Positions 44,438 through 52,535 of a stretch of 64,000 nt of DNA are shown here, one piece after another. Every line of letters starts with the position of its first letter. The first letter of the stretch is position 1. The notes beneath the pieces were generated by a model. That model did not search any database, was not told where the DNA came from, and saw only the letters and a list, made by a program, of their open reading frames with translations. The stretch comes from Limisphaerales bacterium (GTDB lineage Bacteria; Verrucomicrobiota; Verrucomicrobiia; Limisphaerales; UBA11358): positions 355,948-419,947 of the forward strand of contig JBBCGE010000003.1 in the NCBI GenBank assembly GCA_037200545.1, written 5' to 3'. The position numbers and the translations under genes were made by a program.

Positions 44438-44758
44438 AAATCCTGCTGGACGAGTGTGTGCCATGGCCGATGCACCGGCTGCTCGCCGGCCATGAATTGT
44501 CGCACCGCTCAACAGTGTGGCTGGGGCGGGATCCAAAAAACGGTGATTTGCTGCGACTCGCGGAAAAGGAATTCACCCTGTTCATCACGTCCAGATCAAA
44601 ACTTACGCTACCAGCAAAATCTAGGCAGGTAGGCAAATTGCCATCCTTGAGCTTTCCACGAATAAATTGCGCCGTATCGTGGCGGCGACGGATGCTTTGA
44701 TGGCATCGGTGGAAGCGATCAAAAGCCCGGTGAGTTTCGGCATCTGGCAATTCCATGA
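44434..44758 (+). pseudogene. DUF5615-family (PIN-like) putative toxin, frameshifted
   Basis: MKILLDECVPWPMHRLLAGHE... and GDLLRLAEKEFTLFITS. The start overlaps the DUF433 stop (ATGA at 44434-44437). The reconstructed end overlaps the hemY start (ATGA at 44755-44758). Confidence 0.55.
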
Positions 44759-46164
44759 ATCCAAAATCCATCGCAATTATCGGCGCTGGTATCACGGGGT
44801 TGACCGCTGCGTTTTATCTCAAACGCAAGGGCGTGCCGGTCACGGTGTATGAAGCGGGCGGGCGTGTTGGTGGTGTCATCCAATCCATCCGCAAAGACGG
44901 TTTTCTCGCCGAGTTCGGGCCGAACACGATTCTTGAGACGTCGCCGAAGATCGCGCAACTCGTCGCGACGCAGACCTCGAATCGCACAAACTGAATCATG
45001 ATCCGAAAGCCACGGCGCGTTATGTGGTGCGCGATGGTCGTCCGATCGAGATGCCCGGTTCAGTGCCGGGATTCTTCACGACCAGGTTATTTTCACTAAA
45101 AGCCAAGTTCGCCATGGTGCGCGAGCCGTTCATCAAGCCGCGCCGCGATGGCGTGGAGGAAAGCATCGCGCAATTCGTCCGTGCGCCGCTTCAACCAGGA
45201 ATTTCTCGACCACGCGATTGATGCACTGGTGGCGGGCATCTACGCCGGCGATCCGTATAAGCTGTCGCTGCCGCACGCGTTCCCCAAGCTCAAGGCGCTG
45301 GAGGACAATTACGGTTCCATGATCAAAGGCCAGATTTTCGGCGCGCGCGACCGCAAGAAGTCCGGCGAAGTCGCCAAGGACCGCGCACCAAAATTTTCCT
45401 TTGACGAAGGATTGCAGGTGCTGCCGGATACGCTCGCGGTGCAGCTTGGTGATGCCGTAAAATTGAACACACCGGTCACGAAGCTCACGCAAACGCGTGA
45501 CGGCTGGCGCGTGACGACGGCCAATGGTGAATTTGAGCACAGTGCGGTGGTTTATTGCGGCACGGCACATCGCTTGGCGGAACTGGAATCGTTGATGGTA
45601 GGGGCTGCGCTGCCCCGCAGCCTTGAAATTGTAGCGGCGCAGCAACGCCGCTCTACCGGGGCGTTCTCCGGGAATCAATCATCCGCCCGTTTCGGCGGTG
45701 GTGCTGGGTTTTCGCCGTGAGGATGTGGCGCATCCGTGCAGCGGTTTCGGGATGCTGATCCCAAAAATCGCCGGCTTTAAAATTCTTGGCACAATTTTCT
45801 CATCTGCTTTATTTCCAAACCGCGCCCCCGGCCGGTCATGTCACTCTGACGAGCTATGTCGGCGGCGCGCGTTATCCTGAACTCGCCTCCATGCCGCCGG
45901 AAAAGCTGGTGGAGGTGGTGCTGGCGGATTTGAAGATTCTGCTCGGCGTGAGTGGCCGGCCGGTATTCATGCACACGGCTTTTGGGCCCAAGGCAATTCC
46001 ACAATATAACGTGGGCTATGGCAAATATCGTGATCTGCTGACCGATAATTGAAGCGAACAACCCACACCTGTTCTTCGCCGGCCATTATCGCGATGGAGT
46101 CTCGTTGGGCGATTCAATCGTTTCGGGCGTGAACATTGCCGAACGCGTTGGTAAGCTTTTTTAA
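44755..46164 (+). pseudogene. hemY: protoporphyrinogen oxidase (HemY-type, FAD-dependent), many frameshifts as sequenced
   Basis: FAD dinucleotide motif IAIIGAGITGLTAAFYL..G..VTVYEAGGRVGG. Co-linear fragments follow in changing frames (FLDHAIDALVAGIYAGDPYKLS, VVLGFRREDV, PAGHVTLTSYVGGAR, AIPQYNVGY, FFAGHYRDGVSLGDSI). Confidence 0.8.
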
Positions 46165-46165
46165 G

Positions 46166-47195
46166 ATGAGCAAAGCAATTCTCCTGGTCAATCTCGGGTC
46201 GCCGGACTCGCCGTCTGTGCCGGATGTGCGCCGTTATCTCAACGAGTTTTTAATGGATGGCCGGGTCATTGACGCACCATGGCTGGTGCGACGGTTTGTC
46301 GTCGGGATGATTTTGATCAACCGCCCCGAAAAGAGTCGGGCCATGCCTATGAAAAAGTCTGGGACCAAGGAAGGCTCCGCCACTTGGTCGTCACCAGCCG
46401 TCATGTGCAGGAGCTTTTGCAAAGGCGGGTTCGCGTGCCGGTGGAAACTGGCGATGCGTTATCAAAATCCGTCCATTAAATCCGCCGTAAAAAAACTGGC
46501 GGCGGGCGGCGCGACGGAGGTTTTGCTCATCCCGCTCTTTCCGCATTATGCGATGTCCAGCTACGAAACCGCCGTCGTGCGCGTGCAGGAAGTTGTCACC
46601 CAACTTGCGCCGCAGATGAAACTGGTCGTGCAGCCGCCTTATTACGACCAGCCGGACTATATCGCGGCGCTGGTGGCGAGCGCGCCGAATATTTTAAGGA
46701 GGACTACGATCATTTGCTGTTCAGCTTTCATGGCAATCCCGGAGCGGCACATCAAGAAATCGGACACGACGGGTTGTCATTGCCTGGCCACGCCCAATTG
46801 CTGCGAGACGCCCAGCCCGGCGCACGCGCAATGTTACCGGGCGCAGTGCTACCGGACGGCGGCGTATGTTCATTGAAAAGGCCGGCGTGCCGGCGGGGAA
46901 ATGGTCGGTGTCATTTCAATCACGGCTGGGAAAAGATCCGTGGCTGAAACCCTACACAGATTTCGAACTGCCGCGCTTAGCGACGGAAGGCAAAAAACGA
47001 ATGTTGGTGATTTGCCCGGCCTTTGTATCAGACTGTCTTGAGACGATGAAGAAATTGGGATGCGCGGCTGTGAAGAATTCATGTCCGGTAATGGCCAAGA
47101 GTTCACAACGGATTCCCTGTATGAACGAGCATCCGGCCTGGATTGGCGTCTTGGAAAAAAATGGCTGCACGATTCACGGAGCCCCACCCGGTTAG
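46166..47195 (+). pseudogene. hemH: ferrochelatase, several frameshifts as sequenced
   Basis: MSKAILLVNLGSPDSPSVPDVRRYLNEFLMD, LLIPLFPHYAMSSYET, HLLFSFHG(I)PERH, SFQSRLGKDPWLKPYT, LVICPAFVSDCLET. The 3' end is uncertain. One frame stops at 47193-47195, 3 nt before the att repeat. Confidence 0.8.
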
Positions 47196-47198
47196 AAA

Positions 47199-47217
47199 TG
47201 GAGCCAATGGCCGGGAT
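47199..47217. repeat. att direct repeat, distal copy (duplicate of the tRNA-Thr 3' end)
   Basis: Identical 19-mer to 53727-53745. It is the reverse complement of ATCCCGGCCATTGGCTCCA (T-arm 3' half, acceptor 3' strand, discriminator and CCA). Confidence 0.9.
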
Positions 47218-47315
47218 GGCTGTTATTCTAGCGATTGCGAAGACAATATGCCTGATTTTATTAGTGAATCAACCCTAATCATTGTAACCGATTCATACTC
47301 TTTTCAACTCGTTTA

Positions 47316-47339
47316 GTGTCCATTTTGGTGTCCGTTTTT
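47316..47339 (+). repeat. tandem 12-bp motif GTGTCC(A/G)TTTT(G/T) x2, candidate integrase arm-type binding sites (left end)
   Basis: GTGTCCATTTTG GTGTCCGTTTTT. The same motif occurs as a tandem pair at 53660-53683 near the other end, in the same orientation. Confidence 0.5.
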
Positions 47340-47423
47340 TTGCTGGCTAAATTATTATCATAAAAGACAAACACGTTTTCCGTTAGCAAATTTTAATGCC
47401 ATTTAGGAATTTAGGCCGAGTAT

Positions 47424-47505
47424 TACGCCGGTCGGGAGTGAGTAGCCTAACGTAAGGTTAAATTTATTCTAATGTCCCTTGTGGCTACTCACTCCGACCG
47501 GCGTA
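47424..47505. repeat. long near-perfect inverted repeat (23-bp stem, 35-nt loop) abutting the first CRISPR repeat
   Basis: TACGCCGGTCGGGAGTGAGTAGCC (47424-47447) pairs with GGCTACTCACTCCGACCGGCGTA (47483-47505) with a single 1-nt bulge. It ends 2 nt before the repeat at 47508. Confidence 0.8.
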
Positions 47506-47507
47506 GT

Positions 47508-47674
47508 GCTTTGCCTTGATTCCAAAAACGGGTAGAGCAAACTAACCAAACACCATTTACACAGGTGTAACCAGCTTTGCCTTGATTCCAAAAACGGGTA
47601 GAGCAAACTGGTTCCCAAAACCAATCTTCTTAAATGAAAGCTTTGCCTTGATTCCAAAACGGGTAGAGCAAACT
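47508..47674 (-). CRISPR. CRISPR array, 3 repeats (36 nt) and 2 spacers (30 nt)
   Basis: Repeats lie at 47508-47543, 47574-47609 and 47640-47674. The plus-strand sequence is GCTTTGCCTTGATTCCAAAAACGGGTAGAGCAAACT. The third repeat has A4 instead of A5. Spacers are 47544-47573 (AACCAAACACCATTTACACAGGTGTAACCA) and 47610-47639 (GGTTCCCAAAACCAATCTTCTTAAATGAAA). The minus orientation gives a GTTTGCTCTACCC... 5' end, typical of type II repeats. Confidence 0.85.
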
Positions 47675-47713
47675 CGGTGGGTGCAAGTGGCTGAATTTAC
47701 AGCCCTTGCACCG

Positions 47714-48027
47714 TTACCAGAGTTGGATCTGTTCGGGTAAGTCCTCCGCTTCCGTTTCGGAGCGGGGGAACCCTGAATAACATAAGACCGTTCCCATTGT
47801 GAACGTGTCACAAAAAATAGCCCGGATACTGCCTTCCGGAGGAGATGTTTCTTAACCCGGTCAATGTGGGTTTCCTGCCGGGCAAACGTAACGCACGCAC
47901 GCGCATAGACGCTGAATTGCACCATTTGATAGCCGTCATCTAGCAGGAAATTGCGAAAGTCTGTTGCGGCCTTGCGCTGCTTCTTGGCTATGACCGGCAA
48001 ATCAAATGTTACGACGAGCCAGCCCAT
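47714..48027 (-). pseudogene. cas2: CRISPR-associated endoribonuclease Cas2, about 3 frameshifts as sequenced
   Basis: MGWLVVTFDLPVIAKKQRKAATDFRNFLLDDGYQMVQFSVYARAC.. Frame switches then give HLPPEGSIRAIF / VTRSQWERSYVIQG / ETEAEDLPEQIQLW and a stop at 47714-47716. The listed ORF 47557-48153 reads through into the array only because of these shifts. Confidence 0.75.
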
Positions 48028-48935
48028 TTTATATTTTTCGGTGTCCACGGTTTGTAATGGCGCGGCTGGTTTTCCACCACGGCGCGGCGAAAGCCCGCGC
48101 ACCACGCCTTCAATTACGCCCTGAATTTCTAGCGTCAAATCCAGATAGTCCACCCGCTCTAATGGAAAGCCTGTTTACCCATTTGCGAAACTCCTTGCTG
48201 ACTTCCCATTGGCTTTTGTCGGGATGTTCCTTCACCCATTGAATCACGCGCCAATCCACGCATGGACGAAACTGTTCCATCAAATCATAAGCCAGCGGGG
48301 TGCTGCGTTCGCGGGCGACGTGGCCAATGCCATAGGTAGGATCAAGGCCAACACCAAAAAGTTTTTGCAGAATGGTAGAGAGCAATACCGCGTACCGTAA
48401 TTAAGAAAATTATTCAAACCGCCTTTGGCACGGTCGCGGGTGAAATTCTCATCATTCAAACTGCGGCCAAAAATCTGCCAGAAATTTTTCGCACAGAGGG
48501 CTTCCTTATGCGGCTTTTTGCCAAGCGCGGTTGCCCGCAAACTTTGCAAGGCTGCATTCTTCGGCGCGATGTATTCAGCAAGTGAAAGCTGGTTCTGACA
48601 TTTTGCATCAATCGTTTTTTGCCATAAAATGCAGCCGTGCGCGTGGCGTGAGATTAAGCATGGCGCGGGAAAGAATCGTGTCCTGTGGAACGATTGGCCG
48701 GGATCACAAGGCTGACGGGTTTGAACGCTTCACAAATGATTAGCGCGACGCCATGCTTGGCGGCTTCAAGAAACAAATTGCTGTGAATGGACGCTGAAAA
48801 ACTGGTGATGATAATGGACGCCACATCCTCCAGCGGAAGCTTGCGCTCGCCTTCGGAAGTCTTGCACGTCAACTGCCCATCCCGACAACTTAAAGAGCAA
48901 TTCGCGCTATCTATGCTAACTATGTGATATGACAT
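48028..48935 (-). pseudogene. cas1: CRISPR-associated endonuclease Cas1 (type II), at least 3 frameshifts as sequenced
   Basis: N-terminus MSYHIVSIDSANCSLSCRDGQL..LPLEDVASIIITS..HGVALIICE. Later fragments in other frames: ILWQKTIDAKCQNQ, AKNFWQIFG, GGLNNFLNYG, GLDPTYGIGHV..STPLAYDLMEQFRPCVD. The exact 3' end relative to cas2 is unresolved. Confidence 0.8.
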
Positions 48936-48984
48936 AGAGCTAATTCTGACCTGCCAGAAATAGCCAGTCCTATGCCACTAAAAG

Positions 48985-51900
48985 TTATTCGGAAGGCTTG
49001 ATTTCAAAGGTCGGGATGCCTGCAAGCTGGCTTTTAAGTATTTTCAACCCGCCATTGTAGAGAGCTTGTAGGCGAACGCTCTGGTAACAGTCATTCCTGC
49101 CAGCAACACGGTATTCGATTACATCCGGCGCACTAAAATCTACTGTCAGTCCATCGCGTTGCTTAAATTGCACTCCTCGAATCATCCACAATCCTCGATA
49201 GTCGCTTCGCCCGGCTTTGTTAAGCACTCGAATTAACATTCCGTTTCGTAACAAGCGCGGTTGCTTGCCTGCGTTACGCGCCTTTAATTCTTTGATACGA
49301 CGCCAGACTTTGTGCCAAGGGATGACAACAAACCTTTCCTCGCCTTCGGCTGCGTGGTCTAGGATTGCAACTCCAAAGTTATCGGTTATGACGCGCACGC
49401 CTTTTTGGGGTGAGAGTTTTCCGGGTTCAAGCCCAATGACTTTAGAAACATTTTCTTCAGTGTCTTTTATAGAGAGTTTTCCTGTCTTCGGATCGCGCGA
49501 CTGTTGGTGTAAGGAAATTCGGCCATCTTTAATTCCAGTTATGCCGCGCGTATTTTCTTCAACGTGCATTCCGCTCATGTCCGCTGGAATATGTTGCACA
49601 ACGCGTTTTTCGGCGAGGCGATGGCGGATTTGTTCCTTCAATGCGTCGGGCAGTTCGGTCAAACCAAAGCGGTTTTGGGTGTCAAAGTCGAAATATCCCG
49701 TCGAGCGTAAAAGAGCTTTCTCGGCATCGTTTGGGTTGCGCTTTAACATCAATTCCCACAAGCCGCCGTTATTTGGTAAATAATGAGAGGCTAATCCAAG
49801 CACACACGCATCAAGCGCGTGATGCAAATGTGTCAGATTGCGAATTTCGGTTTTTATTTTTGATGCTGCCGTCCGCATCTTTCACTTGTGGCGCGGCGGT
49901 TGCCAGACAGCCGAGCAAATTCCAACCTTTCCGCACCGTGCCGGTGACGGAACCGGGCAGGGAAACGACCGTTGGCGGTTTGTTATTTCCAGCGAAGGTT
50001 TTTTTGATGATTTGTGCGCCTAAACGGACAAGTTGTGACGTAACGGTGAGATCGCTCGGCACAAAACCTTTTTCTTCGTAGGATTGAAGTAGTAACAACT
50101 CTTTCCGTTTTTTCTTCCGCCGCTTGTCATCATCGTGGCCTTTGAAAGTTTCAAGGCTATCTGCCCATTGCTTGAAACGCGTGAGTGAGACGATGGAAAG
50201 CTGCGGTGATCCTTCTACGACTTTGCCTTGTTCATCACTGACAAATTGCATCGCCGTGCGCTGGCCTTTCATCCGATTCACTTCGGCAAAGGTGACAACC
50301 AGAGAATCTAACGAATCCGAAGGCCGGAGTGAACGCGGGATGACGTGATCTTTGTCCACCTGTCGCGAAACCAGATCAATCGCGTCATAAGTTTGCCCGG
50401 TGTAAGGACACGTCCAGCCGAGGTCTTCTGCGATACGCGCCTTACGGATAAGTCCGGCAGTGATTTGAATGGGTTTGCCGTTGAAAGTTCTTCCGTCCAA
50501 GTTTTCTTCCAGTTTGGCGGCAACGCCGTGATGATTTGATAATCGCCGACCTAAATCTTGTTGGATTTCCTTTGCTGATTTGCCGGACATTTCGCGCAAG
50601 TCGCGATTCACTTCAATAGTCGCAGTGGCGATGCGTGATTTATCGCCGTTGGCATAAGCAGGTTCGGCAATCAAATCTTTGACCAGCCGTTCAAGAATCA
50701 AAAGGCGATGGCGGACAAGGTGATTATTGGTTTGCTGGTCAATCCGCTTTTCTAATTGCGCCTGCCGCATTTCTTCCGTGATACACAAGCTATTGCCGTC
50801 TTCCTTGGGATGTTTTCCGGCCATCACCTCGGCATAGGCGCGGACGAGCAGGGGACGGGCATAAGCGGCACGGCCATCTGACTTTTTAATTGTTAGCGGA
50901 TTTTTTAATAAATCGTCGCGATTGAAAGAACCGGCCTTTTTAGAACGCTTCGTGTTCGCTGCCTCGGCAAGCTTGTTTAACTCCGCCTCAAACTCCGCCA
51001 AAGATTCCCCGCGCTTTTGCACGATTTCACAAATGCGCTCCAACGTGACCGGCTTGCCACGCTGCCAGAGATCGCGCGCCCGCTTTTGCACTGGATAAGA
51101 AAAAGTCGGCCAGAGTGTTTTTAATTTATCACCCCTGACAAGTTTTTGAATGGGATCAAGCAGCAACGCATCTTTGGCGTCTGGGTGCATAAGCATCATT
51201 TCCAGATTATTTCGCTCGCATCCCGGCAGTTCACGGACGGCTTTTTTTAATTCCGTTGGCGTCAGCGCGCCTTCGCTTTCCATGAGCGCATTTATTTTCT
51301 TCCGTTCGTCAGCGGTCAATTGACGTAATTCTTTTTCCTTTGCCCCTGCTACGCGAATGTTTGCCAGCGTCATTGCCCAGCGAAACTTTAGAAACTCTGG
51401 ACAATTCTTTGACGGAACCTTTTCGCCGGTAATCGGGCAGATGGAAATGATGCGGTTATCAAAACGGGGAACAAGCTGGCCGAACAGCAAGCCGCCTTGA
51501 TAACGGGCGGGCAATTTCAAATCAGGAACGCCCGCTGTCTGCCAATCCTCAAAAAGACTTTTAAGAAACCCGTCGGTAATGGCAGGTAATTTCCTCCGAT
51601 GATATTCCAACAAGTGACGCACTTCATTTTCTACGATGGATCGCGGAAATGCGGCATTAAGTCGTTTGAAATTTTCCTTTGAGGACTGCTTATCGCCTAG
51701 CGGTTCAAGACCGAGTGCCTTGCACAAAGTTTCCGCCATCGTATTCGCGCTATATTTTTCCATTAACGTGTGCGCCTGCTTTTCTTTTTCTGTGTCATCA
51801 GCCTGCGCTTCGGCTTCCTGCGCGCTCCAGCGGCGGTTGCCATCGTAACCGCGATTGTGGGCATACCAGCGCAACACGTCCCAAAGTTCCGTCCAGCCAA

Positions 51901-52124
51901 GCAAATGCTTCGCATCGCCATTGCTGGCAAGAACGCGCGCGGCCAAAAACCACGGCGCGGCATGACCACCGGCTTGCTGGTGTTTTTGCTTTAATTGCTC
52001 GACAGACAAAACTTTCAGGTGTGCCAGGAGTTTTTCTATCTGCTCGATGCGGTGGCGGGTAGAGCGGGCAGGGCAGGGGCAAGCGCGGTGAACCGACAGA
52101 TAGAATGCTTTTGCGTTTTAACAT
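48985..52124 (-). CDS. cas9: Cas9 (type II-C, compact, ~1,045 codons as sequenced); one internal frameshift and an anomalous N-terminus
   Basis: Arg-rich bridge-helix-like ARSTRHRIEQIEKLL. RuvC-II ATIEVNRDL. HNH CPYTGQ..DKDHVIPRS...VNRMKGQRT. RuvC-III THLHHALDACVLG. ORFs 49811-52009 and 48985-49878 join at the T5 run 49867-49871 (..DGSIKIKTEIRNLTH..). No canonical RuvC-I DxGxxSxGW motif was found upstream in any frame. The start at 52124 (MLKRKSILSV) is tentative. Confidence 0.85.
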
Positions 52125-52247
52125 CTGTAAAAGTCAACCTACGGGTTTGCGTAGCTACGAAGTCCCGTAGCTTACACAAAATTGCGAAACGTGAAATAAT
52201 CATGCAACGTGAACATTGAACGAAAAGAATTTTTGAGCGTATTTCAA

Positions 52248-52535
52248 ATGCCGCCCGCCCGTGTGGTTGCGGAAGAAGCGGCATGGTATCTGGGTTTTAT
52301 GCCGCATGATATTCCTGTGCTGGTCAGTGCGGGGCTGCTTAAACCGCTAGGGCATCCGCCTGCCAGCGGCACGAAGTTTTTTGCCACGGCCACGCTTCAA
52401 AAACTGCGTGACGATCTCAAATGGCTGTCCCGCGCTTCCGATGCCATCGTAAGGCATTGGCAAACAAAGAACGCCCGCAAGAAGCCTAATGTGTTTAAGC
52501 CACACTTGTTGCCTGTTCTGGCTGAACAATGCTAA
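52248..52535 (+). CDS. small DNA-binding / excisionase-like protein of the integrative element (putative)
   Basis: About 95 aa: MPPARVVAEEAAWYLGFMPHDIPVLVSAGLLKPLGHP...LRDDLKWL. The size, the position next to the integrase and the HTH-like segment suggest an Xis/AlpA-type function. The assignment rests mainly on context. Confidence 0.4.
   Translation: MPPARVVAEEAAWYLGFMPHDIPVLVSAGLLKPLGHPPASGTKFFATATLQKLRDDLKWLSRASDAIVRHWQTKNARKKPNVFKPHLLPVLAEQC

Noticed and set aside
47191-47198. Extension of the att repeat leftwards (GTTAGAAA vs GTTAAGAG)
   Set aside because: Only about 8 of 14 further positions match. For a true integration event the sequences left of the two cores have different origins (chromosome versus element). 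I therefore treat only the exact 19-mer as the core.
47557-48153. 198-aa ORF that appears to encode a protein with repeated FGIKAKL segments
   Set aside because: It consists of the C-terminal end of cas1, cas2, and read-through of the CRISPR repeats. The repeated peptide is simply the translated repeat. The real cas2 reading frame stops at 47714 once the homopolymer frameshifts are accounted for.
52056-52065. Exact 10-nt match (CGGGTAGAGC) to the CRISPR repeat as proof of a tracrRNA anti-repeat
   Set aside because: With ~27 ten-mers per repeat, several exact 10-mer hits are expected by chance across the whole window. Even within the few hundred nt of non-coding island sequence the chance is roughly 0.1, and the site overlaps presumed cas9 coding sequence. 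I kept it only as a low-confidence candidate in the findings.
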